NCBI RefSeq assembly: GCF_964355755.1
Contig: NC_092674.1
Coordinates: 23,932,001-23,996,000, forward strand
DNA: 64,000 bases
Source: Antedon mediterranea
Taxonomy: Eukaryota; Animalia; Echinodermata
Reading direction: 5' to 3'
The notes beneath the pieces are model-generated. The model worked only from the letters and a program-made list of their open reading frames with translations. It did not search any database and was not told the DNA's origin. Positions 23,534-38,700 of this stretch are shown one piece after another; positions within the stretch are counted from its first letter, which is position 1; every line of letters begins with the position of its first letter. Both the position numbers and the translations under genes were made by a program.

Positions 23534-24305
23534 CAGTCGACTCCCCGCCTAAGTCGAATTCACGTAAGTCGAAAAATCGCGAAAGTCAAATTTTTAGGAA
23601 AGTCCCAATTCTTTCCTATATATTACTGTGTATAATTTATATTTGTAAGTCAAATTTTTCTAAGTCGAAATTTGTCTAAGTCGACGTCTTTTTGCGGTCC
23701 GAATACACACATTCTTTAGTGATTTATATCGTATAAGTCGAAGTCACAAATTACGCGGCAACAACGCGCTAAAAAAGCCGATGAAACGTACGTAATTCGA
23801 TAAACAAACAACAGAGGGGATAATGTGGGACCATATCGGTTCTCTCAAGCAGGTTGTATAGTATAGGCGGCGTCCTACAACACGCGCTAGTGTATAGTGT
23901 ATGAGTTGTTTCAGAGTTGAGAACTTGAGCGGCGTTTTGTGGTTACCTATTTTGTGCTAGACAGATGACAATAAACAATGGATACCGATTTCGAATAAAA
24001 ACCGAAATGTATTTATTATACGTTTCTGTATTGTTTCGGACTTAAACCATAAAAGAAAATACAGTTTATCATTGCCGATAAAGAGGCTTAGCATTTATTA
24101 GGCCTAGCTAGCTAGCTAGCTAAGCAAACTCAATTCAAGAAGGCTCATCGCGTGGGCCGCGATCGCGACAGGGCAGGGTCCACTAGGCCTAGCCATAGCG
24201 CGGCTAGTGAGTGAACCTAGGCCTAGGCCTAGCATTTTTTTGGGCAAATCTGTAAGTCGAAGTTTATACCGGTCCCATTAGATTCGACTTAGGCGGAGTC
24301 GACTG
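23534..24305. mobile_element. Tc1/pogo (Tigger-like) non-autonomous element, TA TSD
   Basis: ta|cagtcgactccccgcctaagtcgaa ... ttcgacttaggcggagtcgactg|ta; repeated taagtcgaa subterminal motifs. Confidence 0.85.
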
Positions 24306-25044
24306 TATTAAACAATGATATTTTTATCACCCTTGAATGAAAAATATACATACATGATTTATGCACATGTCAATTGTATGACCCACTATACGATCCCCGC
24401 GAAAGTTGTGACATAGATGCATCATTTACAAACAATTATTGACACAGTGACAGGGGGTGCATAAAAAAACATAGGCCTATTGTACTACTGTAGATGGTAC
24501 GTCGCATCAATGAACAATGGTGTGTCAATGTCTGTCTCTTTACCACTCACCATATCATGAACAACACGGTCACAATGCATTATATTGCAAGACTGTAGCC
24601 AGTGGCTAGGGATCAAGAGACCCCCTCCCCCATATCTTTTCAATAATAAACCATGGATTCAGTAATGCTTAACATTGTTCTGAAGGGTTTTTAAGGGGGA
24701 ATTTTTTTTTTGGGTGTAAAACTGTAAAAAATATTGAAAATAAACACAATTAAATTACAATTGGTTACAAGTCAACAAAATACTTTGTACACTAAGTTGT
24801 ATTGTAGATAGGTCATATCTATTCTATCTACAGATAAAAATGTGTATGTGGCTGACTTGGTGTTAGGGTATTCAAGGAAAAAATTCAATTAAATTTTGGT
24901 TTAAAAGTGTCATTGCAGAAAAATCTGAATTGCACCAAATGTACATTCTAATATAAACATTAAAAGTATAAAAATGTATTAAATTTCCATTTAAAAATTC
25001 TTTCATAAAAATAGCAAATTTACATACAGTACAAACTAACATTC

Positions 25045-25270
25045 GAGTCAAGTGGGTGGGTGAGTGGTTACTGGAGGGGTGCCGCAAATCATAATATTGG
25101 CACAGGTTCAAATCTCTCCTCGACCATAGTTCTGGTGGTAGGACAAGTCTTCTCGGATAACGCCATTAAAAAACGAAGGTCCAATGTACATATATGGCTG
25201 ATGTGTACTATAAAGAGCCCAGGGCATCTTTCATGATGAGTAGGGGGTTACACTGTGTCTTGGTTCAAAT
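25045..25270 (+). mobile_element. tRNA-derived SINE, diverged copy
   Basis: B-box-like ggttcaaatc, then ttctggtggtagga..gtcttctcggataa..ggtcca..taaagagccc..gatgagtagggggtta; homologous to 35640-35865 and 53966-54290. Confidence 0.7.
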
Positions 25271-25642
25271 TCTTCCCCTTTTAGTTTTACAGCAGTTACA
25301 GTATTATTGGTGAGGGGGAGGGGGGCCTGCTATTCACCTGCACCCAATCCCAGTATACTGTAGGTTCGTTTCAGCTGCAATAGGGATTATCAATCATGCC
25401 AAGAACATTACATGTACGTTAAGAATATCACTTAAATAATATTTGATTCCAGACAAATTAAATTTATTAAAATAATATGGTATTGTTTAAACTAACTGCA
25501 CTGCAACATCAATTTATTTTATTGCATTGTTGCTTTCTTATTTGATATTAATAATTTTCACCCTGTCAGTGTCACACAATGACTCCTTGCTGAGTTCACT
25601 TTTTGTTTTATTTTGTTAAGGTGTAATCTACAATAATTCAAG

Positions 25643-28600
25643 ATGTTTAGTGGTGGGGCAAATAAAAGTGGATTTGGAACAACTGGGAACACCTTTGGTT
25701 CAGGTGAGATGGCTAATCAATTAATTGATAATCAATTGATAAGAATCAATAATGAATTGATTTGTTTGTGATTGGAACAAAACCCAAGTCACTGGAAAAT
25801 TGTGGACTTTGAAAATCACCCTATGATATGCAGTAATAAAAATAATAGTTCATTCTTATACATTGCATGTACTGTTAGTGTAAGCAAGCCCTCAATGCGC
25901 TGCACATTATTACCCCGGTCATTTTTTTGATCAAACAAACATGCGTCGTATGGAAACATATTCCCATAATAATGCAGCTAGTAATCAATTCAAAGTTGTG
26001 TCTTGATCTAATCCTTGTTCGTTTTAATGGAAAGTGTCCTCTTAATGGAGGTGTCCTCTTAATGGAGGTATCCTCTTAATGGAGGTATCCTCTTAATGGA
26101 GGTGTCCTCTTAATGGAGGTATCCTCTTAATGATCCTCTTAATGGAGGTGTCCTCTTAATGGAGGTGTCCTCTTAATGGAGGTGTCCTCTTAATGGAGGT
26201 GTCCTCTTAATGGAGGTGTCCTCTTAATGGAGGTGTCCCCTTAATGGAGGTGTCCCCTTAATGGAGGTGTCCCCTTAATGGAGGTGTCCTCTTAATGGAG
26301 GTGTCCTCTTAATGGAGGTGTCCTCTTAATGGAGGTGTCCTCTTAATGGAGGTGTCCTCTTAATGGAGGTGTCCTCTTAATGGAGGTGTCCTCTTAATGG
26401 AGGTGTCCTCTTAATGGAGGTGTCCTCTTAATGGAGGTGTCCTCTTAATGGAGGTGTCCCCTTAATGGAGGTGTCCTCTTAATGGAGGTGTCCTCTTAAT
26501 GGAGGTGTCCTCTTAATGGAGGTGTCCTCTTAATGGAGGTGTCCTCTTAATGGAGGTGTCCTCTTAATGGAGGTGTCCTCTTAATGGAGGTGTCCTCTTA
26601 ATGGAGGTGTCCTCTTAATGGAGGTGTCCTCTTAATGGAGGTGTCCTCTTAATGGAGGTATCCTCTGAGTATGGAGGTATCCTCTGAGTATGGAGGTATC
26701 CTCTGAGTATGGAGGTATCCTCTTAATGGAGGTATCCTCTTAATGGAGGTATCCTCTGAGTATGGGTGTTCTAAAGGAAGGGTCTACTGTATTTTATTAG
26801 ATGACTTTAAGTTCTTATAATGTACTGTACATTGGAATTTAATAACGTTGATTGTTTTTAGTGACCATACATGTATAATTAACATAAAATTTAAATTTTA
26901 ACAGGACTATTTGGTGCGAACAAGCAAACAACTGGTTTTGGAAGTACAAGCGGATTTGGAGGTCAAAGTTCAGGAACTGGTCTTTTCGGCACAAGTGCAA
27001 ACCAATCATCAGCCGGTACACTGTTTGGAACTGGAACTGCCAACAACTCATTCGGTACTGGCAGCAATACAGGTATGATAATTACAAGTTGGGATATTTT
27101 AGGCACATGGTCAAGGATTACCAATTAGTAAATAATAATGACTGTCAGTGTCTTATCAGATGTTATAAAGCGTGGTTCCCACTAGAACACAACGCAGCGA
27201 ACTGGGAACCGACGACGTAATAAGGTTGCAAACATCGCTATGAAAAATCAGTTTGATTTCACGCAACAGCGCATAGGCAAAACACTGGAAAACTAGTACA
27301 GCGCATACTTAAAAGTAACCAGGTAAAAGTCTATGGCATGCTAACGTTGACGCGCAACAAGCAGGTTTGATTTCACGCAGGTGGGGGAAAACACAATTGT
27401 AGAAATAAATATCATAAATAAATAATAAAAGGGCATTTTCTTATGTTGCGTTGCTTTGTGTTGCTAGTGGGAACCACACTTAATCCTCCTGAATATAAAT
27501 ACCTTTTTTTTAAATTCTATAATGCCACAAAATAATTTCCACTTACGGTAATGTGCAATGCCAACACTTTTGTTTTGGCCGGGATGATACCATATTTTTT
27601 ACTGGTCTTTTAGCCTAACATCGTTCGCCCGACTTTTTAAATTTTCTCTAGGATAACTTTTTATGCAACACAAACTACAAAAAAAACTCAAACATGTGAA
27701 TAAGCGAACTTCATATACATCACTATGCAATCATAATTTATTGATATTTTCTTTTGAACGGGAGAGGAATCCTGATTTCCTCGCCTCGTTTTGTCTATAA
27801 TAATAAATACTCAACAAAACATACCCCCACCATCGATATTTAAACTGCAGATGTTATGTTAGCATGTTGTTTGTAGGGTTAACACCGGAGCTGTTCATTA
27901 ATTTTTATATCAAGTGTCCCTTATACAGTACTAGAACCACAAGCTTACTGTTTTTAGCTCTGTCTACCCTATCATCAGACTAGTTAAATGACAAATAAAA
28001 ATGTGATGTGCCCAAATATGGTAGTGATATCCATGACATCATCATGGCCATATATGAACATTTTTTTGTCACATAAAGTTTCATATTGTAAACGGAGCTG
28101 TATACTTTTATACTACATACTAACCAATTCATAAACAAATCTTTTCCTTTGTTATGAAAGGATGTGTCATTTCCTGCCTTTGTTGTATGCTGCCCTCTAT
28201 AATATGGTTTTTCCCATAAACAAAATATTTAGTAGTACTGTAATTATGTTTTTATTAAATTACAGCTGTCAAAAATGTTATTTGAATTTACTGTAAACTA
28301 TTTTGTTTGTCTTATTTCTAAAGGGAATTTTCTTAATAATTTATAATTTCAAATTCTATTTCCCTTTTCTGTTGATAGAGTTAATTTTTGCGTGGGAATG
28401 ACATTGCTTTGATTCGTGACAATGACAGGTTTAAATGTGATTAAAAGTTAAAAGTCACAGAGATAGGTGTTCTTTTGTGTTTTTTCTGCTACTACTAGTC
28501 CGATACAGATATATAATATATATGAATTGATTATTCATTATCAGGGGTGGAACATCTACACTGTAACATTTAAACTACAGTGGTCAGCAGAGGCCAGTTG

Positions 28601-31600
28601 AAATTTAAATATTGTTATCCTTTCTAAAAATTGCTGGCCCTTTATTTTAGGAAATACTTTTTTATGGTGGTGAGTGGGAAGGAGACACTAAATGATCTCC
28701 CCCGACATAACTAATCAACCAATCACATTACAAGGATACACTTTCGTATGTTATAACATTTTCTACTGTTCTGTTTAGGTTTTAGTTTTGGAAGCAACAC
28801 TAACAGCTCAGCGGCAGGCAGCATGTTTGGGGGTGGTACCAACACTGGGGGTGGCACTGGACTTTTTACTACCCCTACTTCAAATACCTCCTTTGGGTCC
28901 GGTGGTGGTTCCTCCTTATTTGGAGGCGGTCAAAAATGTAAGTAGCTAAGCTTTTTATTTCCAGAAATTTTATCCACTATGTTAAATTAAAAAAAATCTA
29001 TGGCCAGGTCTTATGGTAATATAATAATAGTATAGTGACTATTAGTAGGTATCCCAATGAAAGCGCACAGAGGGGTATCACTTTTGAAATATTGACGAAA
29101 TTCGAAAAAGTAGTATGACTTTGATGTTAAATAAATCGTATTCAATCTTAATTAATACTTACAAAATTTATATTGTTTGAAAATACTTGTTTTAATCTAT
29201 GTATAAGTGTGTTTATAATTAAAATTAATGAATTAGTTGCCGAGAAAATGCGATTTTAAAACGGTTCTAAAATCCCGTCGAGCCGATTTCCGCGCGTTGA
29301 AAACCTCATCGGAAAATCCCCATCAGTTTTCAAAACACGATCGCACGATTACCATTGGAGCTAGCGGATTAATTTTTGTTGTATGTTATCAGGCTTTAAA
29401 TAAGCTTTAATTTGATACGAAAATCGTCTTCTATAAATAGGTTTTTCGTAACGAAAAGTCAATTTTTGTGACAAAAATCAAATTTTGATTCACCGTTTAT
29501 GGAAAAATATTATGGATTTTGGTATTAAATTATAGCTAAATCTACATTGAAATCGATAAAACATAGTTTACAAACGTATTGTGCATGGTAATTGAGCGAA
29601 CTACATTTTAAAATGGTGCATGAGGCGTAAATCCCGTTCAAAATTTTAAAGATCCAACCATTATAATCCGGTGAATATTGTAGTGAGTAAAATATTGTAC
29701 TCTAAAATACGCGCGTGTTTGTTGTGGCGTTTTCCGTTAAATACATTAATGCACCCTATCAGCGAATGGTACGTTCCATATTTTGAACACGTTGTTTAGT
29801 TTTCCTCGCTCGAGTTCGACCGGCTCGACGCGAGATGTGTGACAGCAGCGATGTCGGAGATTGACATGTCCTTTTCCGTCGTAGAATATCTGGTTTTACA
29901 CATTAATTTAACAACTTACAATTGATGTAATGTGCGGAAGATTTATTATGCAAGTATACAATGCAAATGCGTTAGGTTAAAATGTACCGAGGAAATTTAT
30001 TAAGCTAATTTACCAACGTTACATTTGACTCTGTATACGGCGGCCGAAAGTCATTAACTGCGACCGAAATACTTTAACGGAGCGACTACTGATCGCGAGT
30101 AAGCCGTGACTTGGCCTAAACTTTAGCTCCGTATTTCAATTTAATAACGTAATAATACGAAAAGAAAACAATTTTTATAATGTTATATATACTATTCAGG
30201 TAAACAATTAATTGTTTTAATTAACATTGATTATTTTAAATGAGTTTATTTTGACCCATATTGTGCGTTTGCCTTAAAAGAGCATATCTTACTTAGCAGC
30301 CCGGCTTAGATTTGGTGTCCTAATCATATGGACCTAAAATCTTGTTTTACGTATTCAAAAGTTATATATAATAGTATTTATGATTGAAATTATAAATATA
30401 AAGTATATTAAAATATTCTAATAATTATACTTACCGAAAATTAGTGTAAAAGAAAGGAAACAGTACACACCGTTTTTAACATACTTTTTCATTTTTTCTT
30501 TTTATAATTTTAAATTTCACCATTAAAAAAATTTTTTTTTTTCATATACACATCTAAAATATATTTATTAATGAAATATACACTACATTCTAACAAGTAC
30601 AAAAAAAATTAAATGAATTAGTACAGTAGTTCAAAAGTTACAGATCATTGAAAAATAGCAGTTTTTTCATTTTTTAGGGAATTCCAGCAAAAATGGGCGT
30701 TAAATGCTTTCCTACCACTTTGCGGACCAATAATTTAAAAAATAGGTTTCGTTGAGGCTCCAAAAAAAATAGAGTTGTACAACTCTGTGATATCTATAGG
30801 TTTAACAAAATTCAAAACTTTTAACTAATTATTGTAAAAGTTATAACCTTTTAAAAATGCTTCCAATTTCAACTGCAAAAAAACACCATTTTTAGGCAAA
30901 AAATCGTATATTTTTTTACCACTTTAAATAACCATAACTTTAGAACGGGTAATCGGATTTCAATCATTTAAATCGCAAAATGCTAATTACATTAAGTTCT
31001 TTATGGTTAACTGAAAGAAAATGTAAAAAAATTAATCTGAATTTTTTCATTGGGATACCTACTATTAGTAATAAACAATTATCTTTCTTTTTAAACAATT
31101 TTCGATAACTGTAGTACATAAGTTTAATCTTTACTGATGAATTCAATGTCTAATCTTGTAAAATGAATATTTATCAATGAATATGAATAAACATAGTATT
31201 TAAATGAATATTCATAATGTATAATTTCAAAGGACAAGGTTATTAGGTTTGCCATGTGGGATTTCTTGTCAGCTGGTTGTCAGCCCTTTACGGTACTACA
31301 TAGGTTTTTACTCTCGGTAGACTTGGCGTTGGGCGTACAAGTACCGAAGCGTTTAAGGGTGGAATCGGTGACTTCTGTTCTATAATTCTTTTATTATTTC
31401 CTATGATTCAGTGTCCCTTTTCCCTTTTGACGTAGGAACATTCTACTATTAACGCTTTAATCTACATAATGTACTCATTTCTTTCAGCTGCGTTCGGTGG
31501 GCCGTCGAGCGGTATCTTTGGCCAGTCGTCTGGCACGGCTGCGCCGTTTGGCCAGGCTGCTGCAACCGGCGCAGGGGGGATGTTTGGGGGGACAACAACG

Positions 31601-34600
31601 AGTGGATTTTTCGGTGCAGCTTCAACACAGCCTATAAATGGGACAACAAAACCATTTCAGGTAAGAGTAAACAATAATTTAATTTTTATTTATCTTTTTT
31701 GTTTACATTTGCAGGTATACAATTTAATTTGTTTAATTCTCATAAATATTAAAATAACTTAAAAAAAAAAAATAATACATAGCCATGTAGGTCACACTAA
31801 ACACATACCTTAGATTAATATTTGTTATGATTTAATTTTTTTCTATAGAATAGAAGTGTTTAACAAAGTCCAAACAGAAGGTTATAAGAATGTTGCATTT
31901 TATTTTTATTTAAATAAATATTAAAATGAAAATTAAAGGCTACAAAGTTTTACAAAAAACATCTTTGTTTTTAATTTGTTATTTCCCATTTGTCTGGTGT
32001 AGCAATTACCGTCGTAAACCACAAACCCTATTTCTCATTTAAAAAAAGAATAATTTTTATTGGACAAAAATTACTGAATCTTGGTTTAGTTTATTGTGTA
32101 GCATTCTTATTTGTCTATGTGATTGATGGATCAAGGAACCACGGATGGGCTAAATTAAGGCACTAGTCATGTGCTAACCTCTAAATGGTAATAGACACAC
32201 CTCAGACATGTACAGTAATCAAAATAATAGATATGTGTATAGTGAGTATGAGATGAAAATATGGCTGGGAAGAGTAGGTATGGCAGAAAAAATATTTTCA
32301 ATCATCCATAAGAAGGATCACTATTTGTGTACATGTAATAAGTGTTATTTCATTCTGTCACATGGTTTCAGAGCTCTTTCTTTTCAATTTATTTCCACAA
32401 AAAACATTGTGTAAAATATATTTATACTACATTATCATAAATAAGTTTAGTCTTTTGGACGGGGTAGGGAGAGTCAGACTTTTAGATTTCAGATTGACCG
32501 ACCCCGATAAATAAAAATTTAAAACAGTAATACAAAAGAGGATTCTATAAATTAAAAGCCAAATAAAAATTGAAAAAAAAAGAAAAGTTTTTTAAACAGG
32601 GATAAAATTTTATTTCTTATATTCAATCATCTTATTTTTAAATGAATAATTTAATAAATACATCTATTGTATTATGCATCATATTTAGATCATAAATTGA
32701 GAACAATGCACATTACATTAAATTATAATAACTAATTTACCGAATTTTTCTTTGCTAATGTTTTTCTTGCTGTGTTCCTCAAGAGACAATAACATATGTT
32801 GTTCATATTAAACTATGTTTTTCTAAATTATTGTGAACTAAGAACTAACATGCTTTGATTCAGATAAGGTACTAAATAAATATATTTAAAAGATATATTG
32901 TCCCCGCTGAACAATGTTTTGTTGAATAGGCCATTTTAATGACACATACTAGTTATTCAATTTGACCAAAAGTTTTATATAAAAATTAATATTTACCAGC
33001 CAAAAAAATGTTAATTTAAAGAAAAGATATTCAAACAGAAACTCATTGTATGTTTCTGGTTAATTTGACCATTTATTTGTATAATTATTGTAAACGAAAT
33101 CATTTAAAAAAAAATGTTATTAAAACTACAAAATGCTCCAATCAAAGTTCCAACTTGGACTAGGCCATCTTAATCTTTATTTCATGATTTAGGGGGGGGG
33201 GGGAGGGGAGGGGATACATCTTTAATTACAGTAGTTAGTATACAATAATAATGTTGGAAAAAATTTTATGAAAGACAAAAGCATTTAATTATTACTAGTT
33301 TGCAAGAAATACATTATTTCGTAATTTTTCAATGATTTACTCTTAGTCTGAATCGTAAAAAGTACCTTGTGATTATCGTCAATGAGTACATAGGTAGTTA
33401 AAAAGTAAAATATAATTGTTTATTATGCATTTATTTGGACTATGGCATTTTAGCACAATATGCATGTGATTGACATGTTAGTCTGACCCTGTGCTCATTC
33501 ATACTTGTGGATTGTGTCAGATTTCTTACTATGCACAACTTAAAACATGTGTGACAGCAGATAGCCTATTGATGGATGTTGTAGTTGAAAACATGTGTTT
33601 TAAGTCTAGTCTGATTGGTCAAACATTCAAGGCAGGAACTGTTGTTTTGTGGGGTTTTCCTGGGGGACTTTGCAACCTATATAATATTTAACAGTTCAAA
33701 GCCTGCCCATTCCGCTACAGGGAAACTAAAAATTACCCTTGCACATTTTTTCCCTTAATTGTTTATTTCATTCGTCGAGTTACTCATCGTTTCAAAGAAC
33801 TGCAAATTTCTTTCTCCTTTCGGGTGTGCATAGTTTTCTTCGCTAGGGTTTTCTCGTCGTCCGGTTTCGATTGAAATTTGTCATTCATTCCGTTTGCTGC
33901 GTCAATCACAATATCTCAGCTTAAGACAAATTTTGACTTAGATTCTATAATATTGGATTAATTTCTATCAGTATCACATTGATACAAAATATACCCAAGT
34001 GCCAATAGCCACTGAATAATTTCAGTATAATTTAAAATATCCTTTTCTATTAAGTTGCTGCCTTCAACAAGCTGAATATTTTGCAACTACCAGGCCAATT
34101 TGCAACTACCAGACCTACTAGAAAGCCTATATTCAAATAATTGGGCAAGGGTTTACTGCTTAAGCATAGCATCACTTAAAATACAGGGCTGGTCAATCAC
34201 ATTTTACACCTTGGACCAAAATCTAAAAACCTTAAAAAAAGCATGCTATATACAGTAAAATTCTCTTATGCATACAATTTTTACTGAAAATATTAACTAG
34301 CTGCCAGTAAATTAGGCAATCTTAATTATTGGTGTGATAATTGCAAGTCAAATGCTATTCTTCGATTAAGTACAGGTTAAAAGCGCACTGGAAATATGTC
34401 AAAGGTCATTACACAATCCTAGATGACCTTTGTGTACCCTGTAAATTTGCCAGGTCAACTCCAGGCTCTGGAGTGTCGGACAGAACTTAACGTTACAATG
34501 GTTATGTAGCGATTTTCTTTTTTGTATGAAATAAATCTTCTAATTTTTGCAATCATGATAGGATAAAAATGATATGTATATTTATATATATATATCTTGT

Positions 34601-35668
34601 TTTTCTGTAGGCCACTAATGGTACAGATACAATGATGAAAAGTGGACAGTCCACTACAATACAAACAAGACACCAAGTTATAACAGCCATGAAGGAATAC
34701 GAAGCTAAATCATTTGAGGTTTGTGCTTGCTATAGTAGATAGAAATTAGGATTCTCTACTGTAAACCTGAGAAACTTTGGATTAGGCTGTCCTTATGCAG
34801 CGTCTAACAAGATCATTATACAGTAGTGGTCCCAACTTTTTATGAATTCATAGCTAACCCATATAGGGTGCTATAATGTTTACAAAATGCATCCAAACAT
34901 AGAGGGTGCTATTTAAACAAATCTATGGCTTCAAAATCTATAGTAAGAAATGGGGTGTCTAGAAAACTCAGATCTAGAAAACTCAGATCTCAGATATATC
35001 TGAGATCTGAGTTTTCTAGACACCCTAAGAAATGGACATGCCTGACTGTCAAATGCATTATGCTGATATTGTGTATTGTGTTAAACAAAAGGGGCATCAC
35101 AGTTGTAGAGCCTAAATTTATCAGTATTGGGAGACGAAGGATCACTTAAAATATCTGGAATTTCCCATGGTTTTTTACAGACTTGGAAGGTATAGATATG
35201 ATGCCCAATCCTTTAGAAAATCTTAAAAAGCTTTGCATACATTAAACAGAACCGAATGCCAATTTCATCCGCTTTTTACTGGATGTTTTTTCTTTTGTAG
35301 GAGTTACGATCTGAAGATTATGCAGCTAACCGCAAGGGTTCTACAGGAGGCGGCTTGGGTACCACAACAACTGACAAAGGATTGTTTAGCCAGCCATCAA
35401 CTTCAAGTGCTGGTTTCGGCTTTGGCTCCGCAAACAAACCTGGAAGTTTTGGATGTAAGTTTTAACATTTTACTGTCATTAGTGTTTCATATCAAGCGAA
35501 CGCATCCAAGATGATGTTATCAACATCATCTTCTCATTGGCTGTAATGGTGTAAGATCATTTTAATCCAGACCTTTTTATTTGAATTGCCCCGTGTGGGA
35601 TGATTAAAGAATTTTGAATTGAATTGAATTGAATTAACATTGGCAAGGTTTCGCTGGTGGTAGAAAAA

Positions 35669-35702
<34 letters not shown>

Positions 35703-38700
35703 AGTGCACTCGCTTATGTGCACTTTAAAGAACCTAGTACATCTTTTGAGATGAGTAAGCAGGTTACCCTGGTGTACTAGTATACACACAGCCTCTGTCA
35801 TACACAGACAGTTATCATAACTCCTCATGAGGGCTGTTTAGGGTCACCCTCTATAAATAAGGTTGAATCCTTATCCAAGAGGACTTGTTCCTACCACCTG
35901 TAACCTGTATCGATAGGTTGTGGTGACTATCAATTTCATAATTATTAATACATTTGATTTGTTTAAATGTAGCCTTTGGTAGTACAAATACAGGGCTAAG
36001 TACCTTTGGTCAGACATCCACATCACAGCCAGGAAGCAGTCTCTTTGGTGGACAGAACAAGTCATTTTTTGGTGGTACATCAACAGGTACTACAACACCA
36101 TTTGGTGGTGCCGCTGCTACTGGTGCAACTACAGGAACATTCGGACAACCGGCCAAGGTAGGTTTGGTCAGTTATGGCACTTATACAGCACACATTTCTT
36201 TAAAATTCGTAATCAGTGAGCCATGTCTACACTATCAAACTTTATGTGACAAAAAATGTGATGTGTCCATATATTTAAGCACGTCACTACTGTATCATAT
36301 TTGGGCACATCAGACTTTTTTTGTCAAATTATTTTGATAGTGTAGACAGAGGTTTAGAGTGGGATTACACCTGCATCAGTGCAATAATCGTAAAATAAAC
36401 TTTTTTCTAGAATTTGTTTGGTCAGCAAACAGCAACATCTAATACTGGGTTGTTTGGCAATACCGGTACTGGCTTTGGTGCAACAGGATCGTTTGGTACG
36501 CAAAACACAGGATTTGGTCAACAGCCATCGGTATGTATATTCTTTTACAAATATTTTGTAAATTCAAAGTCTACAGAAACAAATACAGATAAACTTTATT
36601 TTATAATTCATAGGAAAAAAATGTGATGTGGCCATATATGGACATGATGATTTCATATCACCACCATATTTGGGCATATCACTACCATATTTGGGCACAC
36701 ATTTTTGTAAAATTAGTGAAGACAGGGCTTAAGAGATTATGTCAATATTATTCTGCATAGTATTAGTTGGTGAGATGCATATTATTAGGGAAAATTTCAA
36801 AAATATCTAATCAATCATACATAACATTATTTAAATTTGATTAAAAATTGTTATGCTTTTAATTTAATGTCTAGCCTAAGAATTACATTTAGTCGTAGAA
36901 AATTCATTTGGGAAGTTACTGATATATACTGATTAGAAAGAGTTAGCTGTAGTATGTGTGTTTATGAAGAAGTCTTTATAACACACCTGAGTGTATTCTT
37001 GCCATTTGAATGAATAATTTTGTATCATGACGTTAATTATTAATTCTATTATATTTTAAAAGTTCTATATTGGTTCCATTACACAGTAGCTTTTTTTTCT
37101 GGGGACTGTTGCATTATTAAACAATAAATATTTCTTACAAAAAATGCTTTTTGAGGTTACAGTTTTAATTATTGTTCTTTCACAATTAAATGATGTTTTT
37201 TAAAAATTTATATTCTTTTTATTAATTTAATAAATAATAATTTATTATCAATTTTTGTTGTTTAACAATCGGTAGGCCTAGTACACATTTAGTGTAACGT
37301 AAGATAGTGTGAAATGCTCTATTTAATTATAAAGCAGGGTCTATCTGGTATTAAATACATAATTGTTTTGAGGATGGGGATTATAATTGGATTCAGTTTT
37401 ATTTTTCTGGTGACTATTGCATAATAAAAAAACCAACCTGTATTAGGTGCCATCTATAACTGCCATTATAAATAATAATCCAAGGGCAAATTACTGAAAA
37501 TATGACAATGCTGTGGGTATCAGTGGCTTGATCCCAATTAAGATCCAAAAATAAAGTGAAAAGCTAAATCAAAACGATAAAGTAAAACAGCCAGAAAAGT
37601 TAGCAGGGCTTTTGGGCAACTCTAGCCCTTCATCATCATTTAATTATAAATATTGAAATAATTCTTTGAATGCGAAGAATGTTTTCAGTTGTTGCCAGAG
37701 TGTTTTATTTATTTGCTTTGTTTTACTTTGTTGTTAGGCTTAGGCTATACAATATTTATTTATCTTTGATATATTTATTTTGATAGACTGGACTATTTGG
37801 AAATAAAACTGGATTTGGAACCACAACATCAACAGCAAATACCGGCTTTGCTTTTGGAACTAATACCGGTACCACAGGTCTCTTTGGACCCACTAAACAA
37901 ACTGGTTTGAATCTTGGTAAGACTGTAGTATTTTTGGTTCTAGTTGTGCACTACCTTTCCATATCGTACATATCATTTTCAAGGCCAGGCTATAGTCACA
38001 GGGGTCCCAAGTCTACCGCTACTCGCGGTAGTCTACCGCTTTTAGTACCCATCTACCGCGCTACCGCTATCTCAACGTTTTCTATCGCAATTTGATTTTT
38101 TTACTGCATTTTCAAATTTCCCCATATTTTTGGCCAAATTGATTTACGGTTACACCCAGGCTCAGCCCAGGTCAACAATAGTCAATAACCAGACAAAAGT
38201 GAGGCAGGATGTTGAAACAATGTCTATTCATGCAGTCTCCGTGGTCTATTATTGTATTTTTATTTGTATGCACTGCCTTTGTTAAACCGTAACAATAATA
38301 TAAACATGCACGGTGTACACTACAAGCCGGACTTAGAAAAAAAAGAAGCGTGCAACCAACCGTGAATCAATCACGTGGTAACCGGAATACGCGATTATCA
38401 ATTTTGGGAGGATCCAAGTTTTAACTAAATAAACGCTTTGATTACACAGTGGTTGAGACACGTTTTTAATAGTTATTACATACAACACCCTCATAATTAA
38501 TGAACTCTACCAATGTTGATCCGCTGCAAAGAACAACAGATCGCACATCGCACGAGGTTGTTGAGGCGGTGTTTTATTTGGTTTTACTGTACGATCCGAT
38601 AATACGAACATTTTAAATGATTTAAAAGGCATGGATTCGCCAAGCAAGTAGGCCTACGTTTAATAAAAATTTACCTAAGATTTTCGTAAGTTCTTTTGTT

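Noticed and set aside
26035-26764. CRISPR-like array or coding repeat
   Set aside because: Head-to-tail 17-mers without spacers, with TAA stops recurring in all frames.
31245-31440. GC-richer intronic patch as ncRNA or extra NUP98 exon
   Set aside because: No recognisable boxes or FG-coding frame, and the flanking exons join in phase without it.
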